From a virus (Duplodnaviria; Caudoviricetes), in the IMG/VR virus record IMGVR_UViG_3300021431_000113, positions 1 to 64,000 of that record: a stretch of DNA of 64,000 nt; one strand, written 5' to 3'. The notes beneath the pieces were generated by a model, which was not told the DNA's origin, searched no databases, and was given only the letters and a program-made list of their open reading frames with translations. The translations under genes were made by a program, and so were the position numbers. This document shows positions 16,756 through 25,114 of the stretch, piece after piece (positions within the stretch are counted from its first letter, which is position 1; every line of letters starts with the position of its first letter).

Positions 16756-16893
16756 TACTATCTAACTAAAAAGTGTGGTTGATAGTTAGCAACTCTGCAA
16801 GGATAAAAAAACGCTCCTATAAGATAAAGTAGATAGCTTTGAGGCTTGTTTTAAACAAACTTGTTACGGACTACTTTAAAAAACACTTAAAGT

Positions 16894-16923
16894 TGCACAA
16901 ATTTCAGGAATGAGATTTGTGCA
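16894..16923. promoter_or_regulatory. operator TGCACAA-N16-TTGTGCA
   Basis: Exact inverted half-sites; rightward promoter 16943-16971 follows. Confidence 0.78.
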
Positions 16924-17007
16924 ACTTTTTTATATTTTTTACTTGACAAAATGTGCGGCGAATGGTATAATGGAATTTTGGGCTGGCGCGATCGCCAGCC
17001 CGCCGCC

Positions 17008-17235
17008 AAAAAGAAAAGAAGAACCTTTTTGAGGTTCTTCTTCCGATTGCGCAATCTCTCGTTTCGGTTTTGTTTTCGTATAACCTGAGGAAGAGTATCC
17101 CACTTTGAAGTGCGCCAGTATACCATTTTTTTAGTTTCCTATTGAACAAGAGTGAACACTGGATTTCTCTAAAGTCAACTGAATTCCGACCTTCAGTATG
17201 GGAGTTTTTTTAATGACTTTGCTTTGTCATTTTCT
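17008..17235 (-). ncRNA. candidate ~230-nt structured RNA
   Basis: Promoter 17242-17270, terminator 17008-17042, nested helices, no ORF with RBS. Confidence 0.5.
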
Positions 17236-17277
17236 GTATTTATTATATCATAGTGCTTGACCGTTGTCAAGGGCTTT

Positions 17278-17481
17278 TTAAAAACTATCATAACCATAAC
17301 TTTCTAAGCAACCGCACATGATTTTTAGTATAGGATGCTTACAAAGAAGACGGATTGTTTCAACTTTTTGTTGTGGAGTAAGTTCTAATCCCTCATCTAT
17401 TTTTAACTGTTCTTCAAAATGATTCATTATTTCTTCTGTTGACATCATAGGAGAATCATTTGTTAAAACTAACTTATCCAT
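17278..17481 (-). CDS. hypothetical protein
   Basis: GAGG RBS, own promoter. Confidence 0.75.
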   Translation of the reverse strand: MDKLVLTNDSPMMSTEEIMNHFEEQLKIDEGLELTPQQKVETIRLLCKHPILKIMCGCLESYGYDSF

Positions 17482-17544
17482 TTTTGTACCTCTCTTTTAT
17501 TTGATATATTTATTATATCATTTTAGGGGTTATTTGTCAACCCC

Positions 17545-17829
17545 CTAAATATCAACTTTTAAAAGTTTTAATGTTGCAATTATGCAACCCCACGCATTGT
17601 GTCCCATGTCATTAGGAATAGCATCCCAAACCTCGGGATAAATGCGTTTAATTCCAGTTAAAAGCATTCCGCCCCAGTTACCGCCACAAGCTGAACAAAT
17701 ACTTAAAAATTCATCACAACTCATTTCATCCGTATCAGCTTTAAAACATTCAGTTACAACCTTTTCGCCATTTTTACCCCATTCTTTTGCAAGTAGACTC
17801 ATACAATAAACAATATCTGCATAATCCAT
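17545..17829 (-). CDS. hypothetical protein
   Basis: AGGAG RBS. Confidence 0.75.
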   Translation of the reverse strand: MDYADIVYCMSLLAKEWGKNGEKVVTECFKADTDEMSCDEFLSICSACGGNWGGMLLTGIKRIYPEVWDAIPNDMGHNAWGCIIATLKLLKVDI

Positions 17830-17833
17830 CTTA

Positions 17834-18025
17834 TTATCTCCTTTTTCCTTGTATTCTTACATCGTGAAAAACTACTCCACCAATTTCTGATGCGGCTTTA
17901 TCAGCTTTGAATCCATCTTCATAAGCACCCCAAAACCAATATTCATTATCACGTTCTCTTGCTACTACAAATTCATAGTCATTAGCATAATCAGGTTTAT
18001 TATGAATTATTATTTTCTCTTTCAC
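17834..18025 (-). CDS. hypothetical protein
   Basis: GTG start after GAGG RBS. Confidence 0.7.
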   Translation of the reverse strand: MKEKIIIHNKPDYANDYEFVVARERDNEYWFWGAYEDGFKADKAASEIGGVVFHDVRIQGKRR

Positions 18026-18063
18026 TTTGTTACCTCTCTTTCCTTTACTGTAATTAAAGTATA

Positions 18064-18237
18064 TCACATCTCTTTTAGTTTGTCAAGCATTTTTTGCTCT
18101 CTTTTTTTATTTTTATATAATCTATTTTCTCTACACCATAGACAGGAACCATGATTTCTACAAGTGCAATCAATAGCTTTACTACCATAGTAAGGCTTTC
18201 TTTTTTCTTTTCCATACTTAATAGCTTTATCTAACAT
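18064..18237 (-). CDS. small basic Cys-containing protein (57 aa, below cutoff)
   Basis: MLDKAIKYGKEKRKPYYGSKAIDCTCRNHGSCLWCRENR...; GAGG RBS and promoter. Confidence 0.7.
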   Translation of the reverse strand: MLDKAIKYGKEKRKPYYGSKAIDCTCRNHGSCLWCRENRLYKNKKREQKMLDKLKEM

Positions 18238-18400
18238 AGTGCTTTACCTCTTTTCCTCTTCTTGTAATTAAATTATATCATAAACAAGAGTAAAATGCAA
18301 TACTAATTTTATTGTTTTTATGTTAAGATTCTGCGGCGGCCGGCGCGGTTAGAGGTCTTTAACGACCTCTTCCGCCTACCAAGGAAACCAACCAATTTTC

Positions 18401-18652
18401 TTAATCATTTAAATCACTTCCTTCCTTTTTTTTATCTTCTATGTCTACAAGGTTTGCTATATTATCTAAGCTATAGCCTATTTCATCAATGTCATTATAA
18501 ATCTTTGTTGCGTTGCCACTTGTCTCGTCAGCCTCTTCAAGCTCATCCCATATTTTATTCACAATTTTTTGTGCTGATACTAGAGTTTGAATTTCTTCGT
18601 TAGTAAGAGCAACTCCTGATACATATATTTTAGTTTCTTTTATTACTTTCAT
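18401..18652 (-). CDS. hypothetical protein
   Basis: GGAG RBS, own promoter. Confidence 0.72.
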   Translation of the reverse strand: MKVIKETKIYVSGVALTNEEIQTLVSAQKIVNKIWDELEEADETSGNATKIYNDIDEIGYSLDNIANLVDIEDKKKEGSDLND

Positions 18653-18721
18653 TTTTCATTACTCCTTTTCTCTTTTGATACATTTATTATACTATATTTG
18701 CGGTTGTTTGTCAAGAGTTTT

Positions 18722-18913
18722 TTACAAATAAATTTCTTTTTTTCGAGTGTCTATTTCAATAGTACCACCTATTTTAGTATGACCATCATTTGAGGTTTGT
18801 ATTTGTCCTAACCTAACACCATAATTTATATATCCGCTATCGTCCATTGTATAGACTTGATAATTTTCAATATTATTTTGACAACACCATTCATAAAGTT
18901 CTCTTACTGTCAT
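18722..18913 (-). CDS. hypothetical protein
   Basis: Start reset to ATG after AAGGTG RBS. Confidence 0.65.
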   Translation of the reverse strand: MTVRELYEWCCQNNIENYQVYTMDDSGYINYGVRLGQIQTSNDGHTKIGGTIEIDTRKKEIYL

Positions 18914-18957
18914 TTCATCACCTTTTTTCTTTATTATATCATACTTTTGGGGGTATG

Positions 18958-19206
18958 TCAACCCCCATAAAGTAGAATTAAGAAATAAATATTAAGTGCT
19001 ACACTTGCAAGGTGCATTACAAGTCCGTTAATATGTCTATCCACCTTTAAATCTTTTATCGTACCAATCAGCGCAACTGCTAAACCGAACCATGCAATCG
19101 ACAGACCAAAAATCATAATCAGTACTACATTTATTACAGTTATTAAAGCACGAATGTCATTGTATTCAAGTCTAAATGGTTCTTCTATCTTGAAAAATTC
19201 TTTCAT
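18958..19206 (-). CDS. small membrane protein
   Basis: Two to three hydrophobic segments; AGGAG RBS. Confidence 0.75.
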   Translation of the reverse strand: MKEFFKIEEPFRLEYNDIRALITVINVVLIMIFGLSIAWFGLAVALIGTIKDLKVDRHINGLVMHLASVALNIYFLILLYGG

Positions 19207-19326
19207 CTTTTGTTCTCCTTTCCTTTACTGTAATTACATTATAGCATAAGTAACTTTATTTGTCAACAACTTTTTATTTTTTTAGGGCGGCCGGCGCTTT
19301 GAGGTGCCACGAGGACACCTTTCGCG

Positions 19327-19548
19327 CTAAACATTCCAATCATAATTTTCACGTAATTCTTCCCAAGTTACACAACTATCTGTAAAGCAATATTCATTAG
19401 GAAAATTAGAATAAAGCTCATCAAGAGCATCAAAAAATTTTTTGAGTGCTTTATCATATGCTTGTCTTTCACGCTTTTCGAGTTCTCTATCAACATTAGC
19501 TTTTAAAGTTACAAGTTCGTTTACACTCATCTTTTCAAAATCTGTCAT
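19327..19548 (-). CDS. hypothetical protein
   Basis: GGAG RBS. Confidence 0.72.
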   Translation of the reverse strand: MTDFEKMSVNELVTLKANVDRELEKRERQAYDKALKKFFDALDELYSNFPNEYCFTDSCVTWEELRENYDWNV

Positions 19549-19554
19549 TATTTA

Positions 19555-19809
19555 TCACTCCTTTTCTATAATAGTTGGTGCTTCATTTACTATATCTTCT
19601 AAACCATCGCCATCATAATCTGTTATCCACTCTTTGTCTATTAATTCATGTTTTAAAACATCAGCATCAATCAACCTTCCGTGCCCTTTCGGAAGTGGTG
19701 TGCCATTTTGAATTGCCTTAATATAACAAAACACACCTTCGGGATAGGATGGTCTCATCTTCAAATAATTTTGGTATTCTTCCTCAGGTATCTCAATCAC
19801 TATCTTCAT
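19555..19809 (-). CDS. hypothetical phage protein with RLIDAD motif
   Basis: NGTPLPKGHGRLIDAD. Confidence 0.72.
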   Translation of the reverse strand: MKIVIEIPEEEYQNYLKMRPSYPEGVFCYIKAIQNGTPLPKGHGRLIDADVLKHELIDKEWITDYDGDGLEDIVNEAPTIIEKE

Positions 19810-19865
19810 CAGCTTTTACCTCTTTTCTTTTGATAAATCTATTATATCATAGGGTTGACGATTTG

Positions 19866-20363
19866 TCAACCCTCAATTAGTCCATTTTTTACATACATTT
19901 GTATAAGTGCTGTTTGAAGTTCTGTCCAAAACTTTTTTATTTTTCTTGGATGATTTGTCATGTACTCGCCAGCCCATCTTGTAGCCATGAATTCATCGGG
20001 GCATACATGATACCATGCGTTCATTTCATTTTCATCGACATCAGCTTCACAAATAATATCTTTTTGATAATTAAAATATTCTCTTTCTTCATCTGTCCAC
20101 ATATCCTCTGTCATGCAATGACCGATTTCGTGCATCAGTGCCCAAAGGAAAATATCAGCATTTATATTAGGATACCTTTTAATTGCATCCTCGATAAACT
20201 GCCCCTCTCCATTTTCAGTAGCAAGGAAAGTGTAACCAATCAATCTTCTACCATTGTCGCAAAAAGCTTCAAATTCAGTATCAAATCTAGCAGTAACTCC
20301 AAAATTCTTCTTTGTGAAGTTGTTTATTATTTTATCTACTTTTTTTATTCCTTTTACTTTCAT
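19866..20363 (-). CDS. zincin-like metallopeptidase
   Basis: LMHEIGH (HExxH) with downstream DEFMA. Confidence 0.7.
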   Translation of the reverse strand: MKVKGIKKVDKIINNFTKKNFGVTARFDTEFEAFCDNGRRLIGYTFLATENGEGQFIEDAIKRYPNINADIFLWALMHEIGHCMTEDMWTDEEREYFNYQKDIICEADVDENEMNAWYHVCPDEFMATRWAGEYMTNHPRKIKKFWTELQTALIQMYVKNGLIEG

Positions 20364-20477
20364 ATTTCTTACCTCTTTCCTTTTTTGTAATTACATTATA
20401 GCAGATTTGATTCTATTTGTCAACTACTTTTTTGAGGGGGCCGGCGGTCAAGGACGCCTTAGGCATCCTTTCCGCAA

Positions 20478-20657
20478 TTAAGGTTTAAGTGCATAGCCAC
20501 CTGTTTTTCTCCAGAAGTTAATCAACTTTTCATTAGCCTTGTCTGCAACTTCATCAACCATTGGAACATACTTTACTTCATTGATACCAACCGCCTTAGC
20601 TTCCTTGTAGTTTGCAGTTTCCTTATTATCTCTTGTTACATAAACGACCTTGTTCAT
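20478..20657 (-). CDS. small hypothetical protein (59 aa, below cutoff)
   Basis: MNKVVYVTRDNKET...GGYALKP*; GAGG RBS, promoter and terminator. Confidence 0.65.
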   Translation of the reverse strand: MNKVVYVTRDNKETANYKEAKAVGINEVKYVPMVDEVADKANEKLINFWRKTGGYALKP

Positions 20658-20699
20658 AGTGATTACCTCTCTTTCATTTTCTATATTTATTATACCATG

Positions 20700-20927
20700 C
20701 TAAATGGTGTTTGTCAAGGGGTTTTTTATGTTTTTAACAAATTTTTCCCTCATTATTTCATCCCACCACTTGCCAAGTTCATCATTATTTTCATAAAAAC
20801 CCGAACCCATGACAAGCGCATAACAATAGGTATAGTAAAATTCAAAGTTTGATTTATTCTTTGTTTTTACGCAATACTCAAAATCTTTTTCAATTTCTTT
20901 CTTAATTCTCTCTTGTGTATTAGACAT
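20700..20927 (-). CDS. hypothetical protein
   Basis: Start reset to MSNTQER, coupled to upstream stop. Confidence 0.62.
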   Translation of the reverse strand: MSNTQERIKKEIEKDFEYCVKTKNKSNFEFYYTYCYALVMGSGFYENNDELGKWWDEIMREKFVKNIKNPLTNTI

Positions 20928-21120
20928 TTTTAACCACCAAAACCCTTTCTTCAAGACCATCGTTGCTCTTGATATACATTTCAAATGTATCTTCAAAAAC
21001 CTGACCAAGTTTCATGTTGATAACTTGTGGGCTGTTCTCCATCATCTCGAAGAAAAGCCTTGCAGTCATGAAAGTGTTATTATTTGCTTTTAACCAATTT
21101 TTAATTTCCCAAGTATACAT
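20920..21120 (-). CDS. hypothetical protein
   Basis: AGGAG RBS, own promoter. Confidence 0.72.
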   Translation of the reverse strand: MYTWEIKNWLKANNNTFMTARLFFEMMENSPQVINMKLGQVFEDTFEMYIKSNDGLEERVLVVKNV

Positions 21121-21189
21121 AAGCTTTTCTCCTTTCCTTTTTGTAATTAAATTATAGCAAAATTTATTAAAAATGTCAAGTATACAAAT

Positions 21190-21219
21190 TGCACAAAATT
21201 AGCGGGTGCGGTTTGTGCA
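21190..21219. promoter_or_regulatory. operator TGCACAA-N16-TTGTGCA
   Basis: Exact inverted half-sites 10 nt from a leftward -35. Confidence 0.78.
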
Positions 21220-21334
21220 ATTTTTTGTGCCGGCGCCAAAATTTTCAGTTTGTCAAGTCTTTTTTTAAAAAAGAAATAGGGCGCCACTTGGGCGCCCATA
21301 GGAAAGGAGGATTTTCAATTTTTATCTGTTTGAG

Positions 21335-21425
21335 TAGGGTAGGAAGGAGTTGCACCCCCACCATTTAATCATGGTTGCTATTTTACACAGCTTTGACTTG
21401 CTTTTGGTAAAATTCCATCTACCCC
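21335..21425 (-). ncRNA. degenerate tRNA-like element (Leu(TAA)-like)
   Basis: Acceptor GGGGTAG/CTACCCT-A, T arm GGGGG-TGCAACT-CCTTC, variable arm CCAT/ATGG, GCTG-TGTAAAA-TAGC arm; D region non-canonical. Confidence 0.55.
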
Positions 21426-21591
21426 TTATTTATCGCCTTTCGCATTAAGAATTTCAAGACGCATCTTTACTTTTCACTTATCCGAAGATAATTGTCTTTC
21501 ATTGGACTATCCGAAGAATACCAAAGGGCATAATCTTTTATTTACTATCAACCCCCTAGCCCCATTGACTAGGGGGAGTAACTTCGCAAGA

Positions 21592-21909
21592 CTATTCAGC
21601 CTTGCGATACTTTGGAGCATCTTTAGACTTCTCTCCAGGTATCTTCTCGATACCATCCATAGCTCTTAAAAGAGCGGCTACCTTGTTAGTTGTAAGACCT
21701 ACACCATCAGCAATCTGACGAGCAGTCTGTGGCTCTGTACCGAGGTATTCAGCAATCTGAGCCTTGTATCCCTCATTTTCAACCTGAGCCTTAGTTGGCT
21801 TACTTGACTTCTTATCCAGAGAAGCTATAATCTTATCAGCAACCTCTCTCATTTCATCTGTACAACCCTCAAGTTCCTTAACTGCTACACAAAATTCTCT
21901 CTTTGTCAT
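21592..21909 (-). CDS. winged-helix protein (paralogue 4 of 4)
   Basis: LDKKSSKPTKAQVENEGYK...QTARQIADGVGLTTNKVAALLRAM; three stacked promoters upstream. Confidence 0.7.
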   Translation of the reverse strand: MTKREFCVAVKELEGCTDEMREVADKIIASLDKKSSKPTKAQVENEGYKAQIAEYLGTEPQTARQIADGVGLTTNKVAALLRAMDGIEKIPGEKSKDAPKYRKAE

Positions 21910-22188
21910 AGATTTGCACCTCTTTCTTTTTTATATTTTTTATTTTTTACAAGTTTATTATAACAAATTTTTTAGTGTTTGTCAAGCACTTTTTTAACTT
22001 TTTTAGAAAATTTTCAGTACTGTTGGCTGAGAACCGATTTCCTTATTCATTTTCTATATTTATTATAGCACTTTTTATTTTATTTGTCAAGCACTTTTTT
22101 TAAGGTTTTGAAATTGTTTTCAGCCGCTTGGTCTGTTATCTTTCCTTACCTTGTAAATACATTATAGCAAAAATTCTTTTGTATGTCA

Positions 22189-22227
22189 AGCACAAATTTT
22201 GGGAAGATCTTTGTGCAATTTGCACAA
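22189..22227. promoter_or_regulatory. operator AGCACAA-N15-TTGTGCA plus extra half-site
   Basis: Half-sites 22189-95, 22211-17, 22221-27. Confidence 0.7.
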
Positions 22228-22334
22228 CAAAAAATACTTGACAAAATGGCGCTGGATGTGGTATAATGGAATTTTGGCGCGCGGACGAGGTGTGCCGGAC
22301 GTCCGCGCGCCATTCACAAAAATAAGGGGTATTT

Positions 22335-22559
22335 CTACCCCTCCTCTTCATATGCGGTAACGATTTTGCCAAACAGAGTACATATCCTCTGCCACTCACT
22401 TTCATCATGAGCAATGAACTCATAATCTTCTTCCGTGGCGCAATCAGGCACCCCAACCGCAATCCAATCTTCCCACGCAACTTCATCTCCGATTGTATTA
22501 CATACATAGTCATTCATCTGCTTAAGGAGTTTTATTCTCTCGTCATAGATATTTGCCAT
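22335..22559 (-). CDS. hypothetical protein
   Basis: GGGG RBS, own promoter. Confidence 0.72.
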   Translation of the reverse strand: MANIYDERIKLLKQMNDYVCNTIGDEVAWEDWIAVGVPDCATEEDYEFIAHDESEWQRICTLFGKIVTAYEEEG

Positions 22560-22604
22560 ATTTTATCCCCTTTCTTATTTTCTATACATATTATATCATT
22601 ATAT

Positions 22605-22784
22605 TTACTTTTTGTCAATAGTTTTTTTCAGAATCTCTTTATAATAATAATCGACTATATCTTTATATGTATATTTACCATCATTATTAAGACTAATATA
22701 CATAAGTTTTAACATAAGAACCCTATGATCATTTTCACCATATTTCTTTATTGCTTTTGTTATCATACTTGAAATTGGCGGCAT
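22605..22784 (-). CDS. hypothetical protein
   Basis: Start reset to MPPISS after GGGAG RBS. Confidence 0.6.
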   Translation of the reverse strand: MPPISSMITKAIKKYGENDHRVLMLKLMYISLNNDGKYTYKDIVDYYYKEILKKTIDKK

Positions 22785-22788
22785 ATAA

Positions 22789-22965
22789 TCACTCCCTCTC
22801 CCACTCTTCAAAAACTTCTGCATATTCAAGGTCTACGATTTCAACTCGATTTGCCCATTCCATAAATTCTTTAAATTTTTCATATGCAGTTGTTATTTCA
22901 TCTACGTGTTCTGTGTATGTACCTACTGTGCTATATCCTACTACATCATATCCATATCCGTTCAT
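22789..22965 (-). CDS. hypothetical protein
   Basis: Start reset to MNGYGYD after GAGG RBS. Confidence 0.65.
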   Translation of the reverse strand: MNGYGYDVVGYSTVGTYTEHVDEITTAYEKFKEFMEWANRVEIVDLEYAEVFEEWERE

Positions 22966-23044
22966 ATTGTTACCTCTCTTTCCTTTTCTATATATATTAT
23001 AGCAAATTTTCAAATAATTGTCAAGAATTTTTTTATATTACTTG

Positions 23045-23503
23045 CTAGGCTGTTAACCTAGCAAGTGTCTTTTCGTTTGTAAATGTTGCACCCTGGTATT
23101 TTATCTGATATGCAACTCCATCAACTGTGAGGTCGCCGTCTATAGTGAAAGGAACGCTATCCTTTGTCCAAGTCTGTCCAACCTTTTCGGTTTCCATTTT
23201 CTCATAAACTTCGCCTTTGTTGTAGTGTGTATTTGCTACAGTTTCAAGGAAGAACTTTTCGCTACAAACAACCTCAGCACCAAGAGCTATAAGGTAAAGT
23301 TTCTGTTCATTAGTAGGCTTGAATCTTAATGCATATCCCTGTCCACGGCTAGCCTTGTCAAGCTTGAGGATATATGGCAGAACCTCTGCATTAGTCTTTA
23401 CGCTATATACATTACCTTTATAAGCAAAACCAAAGATATATTCATGTGTATATGCAAGCCTATTGTATTCGTTGATTAAATGGTTAAATAATGTAGTATT
23501 CAT
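23045..23503 (-). CDS. hypothetical protein
   Basis: 152 aa, RBS and own promoter. Confidence 0.75.
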   Translation of the reverse strand: MNTTLFNHLINEYNRLAYTHEYIFGFAYKGNVYSVKTNAEVLPYILKLDKASRGQGYALRFKPTNEQKLYLIALGAEVVCSEKFFLETVANTHYNKGEVYEKMETEKVGQTWTKDSVPFTIDGDLTVDGVAYQIKYQGATFTNEKTLARLTA

Positions 23504-23574
23504 AAGGTGTTCCCCTTTCCTTTATCTTATGTACCCATTATACACCCTAAGCCGGCGGTTGTCAAGCAAAAAAT

Positions 23575-23603
23575 TGCACAAAATGAAAAAAATTTTTTGT
23601 GCA
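23575..23603. promoter_or_regulatory. operator TGCACAA-N15-TTGTGCA
   Basis: Exact inverted half-sites. Confidence 0.75.
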
Positions 23604-23734
23604 AAGTGCTGAATTTCGGGATGACAGAATTTTAACATAAATAACAGAAATTTGCTATTGACAAACCTGACTCATGTGTGGTATAATATTGCGGCGCACT
23701 GACGAGGAGTGTGATTGTCAGCGCGCCGCCCAAA

Positions 23735-24071
23735 TAAAAAAGAGCAGAAATACTCTGCTCTTATTATACCATAAACGGTTGACTTTGTCAACCCTTATGT
23801 GGATTTTTTTGAGTGACTGCCAAGTCCAAACCTCTTTCCCGCTCCTCACGGTACTCATCACTCTGAGGGCTTTGTGCCTACTTATTTCAGTGCTACTGTT
23901 CTTCACAACTGCCCCATGTGGGTTACACGGCTGAAGGTGTTCCTCTTGTATTAACGGCTCACTCTTTAAAGGCTTTACACCTCAACTTGCGAGGATTTAT
24001 TACCTACCGACCTTTCTGCTTGGAGAGGCTTAATACGCCGTGGGTTTGGTGGGTTTTCCTTCCCTTACTGT
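23735..24071 (-). ncRNA. candidate ~335-nt structured ncRNA of unknown family
   Basis: Promoter 24078-24106, terminator 23735-23762, long-range helices CCAAACC/GGTTTGG, CACGGC/GCCGTG, GTATTAA/TTAATAC. Confidence 0.62.
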
Positions 24072-24115
24072 ATCTTTATTATATCATAGGGGTTGAGGTT
24101 TGTCAACCCCCTTTT

Positions 24116-24334
24116 TTAAAAATCTTTACCTTCATATGAATGTGTTAGACACTTAAAAAATGTTTTTAAGTTTATAATAAGTTGAAGATTAAGAGCCATT
24201 TCAATAGTGTAAACACAATTTGGTTCACAATACCAAGAAGGTAACTGAGGCTTTTTCCCAAAATGATAATAAGTAAATTGAGTTTTAGTTGCCATTGTTT
24301 CATTGGATATAATCCAAATTGTTTTATATAACAT
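24116..24334 (-). CDS. hypothetical protein
   Basis: GAGG RBS, own promoter. Confidence 0.65.
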   Translation of the reverse strand: MLYKTIWIISNETMATKTQFTYYHFGKKPQLPSWYCEPNCVYTIEMALNLQLIINLKTFFKCLTHSYEGKDF

Positions 24335-24389
24335 TTTTGTTTCCTCTCTTTTCCTTTTGATGATTTAATTATATCATAGGGGTTGAGGT

Positions 24390-24567
24390 TTGTCAACCCC
24401 TTATCTGAATATTTTTCAAAATTTTTTGAACTTCTTTAAGCTCTTCTTTGGTCATTGCGTATCCTTCTTCTGCGTAATAGCCAGCGACTATTTGAGTAAT
24501 AGTATAAGCGTTATCTTTAATTGCTTCCTCGACATCAAACTTAATTGTATTAATTGTATTTTCCATT
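24390..24567 (-). CDS. possible small acidic/basic protein not in ORF track (MENTINTIKFDVEEAIK...)
   Basis: GAGAGG RBS and promoter upstream; end coordinate approximate. Confidence 0.4.
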
Positions 24568-24638
24568 TTCAGTTCCTCTCTTTCTTTATCTTATGTATAC
24601 ATTATAGCACGTTAAAGCCGGTCTGTCAACTAAAATTT

Positions 24639-24668
24639 TGCACAATTTGGGAGTTAATTATTTGTGTA
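24639..24668. promoter_or_regulatory. operator TGCACAA-N16-TTGTGTA
   Basis: One mismatch in right half-site. Confidence 0.7.
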
Positions 24669-24795
24669 ATTTTGCGCGATTTTGTTCTTGACAAGTCCAT
24701 GGCTCATATGTTATAATTTTTCGGATAGAAATCGGGCGCGCCGATTAAAGCGCGCCCATAGGAAAGGAGGATTTTGCAGATTCTAGCTATTTGAT

Positions 24796-24867
24796 TGCGC
24801 CGCACGGGAATCGAACCCGCGTTGACTCGATTAAAAGTCGAGTGCATAACCATTCTGCCAACGGCGC
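24796..24867 (-). tRNA. tRNA-Lys(TTT), isolated from main cluster
   Basis: GCGCCGT/GCGGCGC-A, anticodon arm CTCGA-CTTTTAA-TCGAG, T loop TTCGATT. Confidence 0.93.
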
Positions 24868-24869
24868 AT

Positions 24870-25052
24870 TTATTCTTTTATGTAAACTTTTCCCTCTGCA
24901 TTATATCTGCATTTAGGGTGTGTTATCATGAACTCACATCTATTATGGAAGCGCTCGCGCTTAACCTTGTCATGCTGTTCAATTACTATCATTACTATTG
25001 TCATTATTGCAAGTATTCCAAGCAGGATAAATCCGATAATCATTTCGTTCAT
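24870..25052 (-). CDS. small single-TM protein
   Basis: MNEMIIGFILLGILAIMTIVMIV; start reset by GAGGG RBS. Confidence 0.65.
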   Translation of the reverse strand: MNEMIIGFILLGILAIMTIVMIVIEQHDKVKRERFHNRCEFMITHPKCRYNAEGKVYIKE

Positions 25053-25114
25053 TTTAAAACCCTCATTTCTCATTTTCTATATTTATTATAGCAAATTTTT
25101 TATTATTTGTCAAG

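Noticed and set aside
22211-22227. Rex operator (TTGTGAA-N4-TTCACAA)
   Set aside because: TTGTG-N7-CACAA spacing is one base short and the main motif has the opposite arm orientation with N16.
23735-24071. RNase P RNA interpretation
   Set aside because: GAAGGAAAACCC and ACATAAGGGTT only loosely echo CR-I and CR-V; spacing and the other conserved regions do not match.
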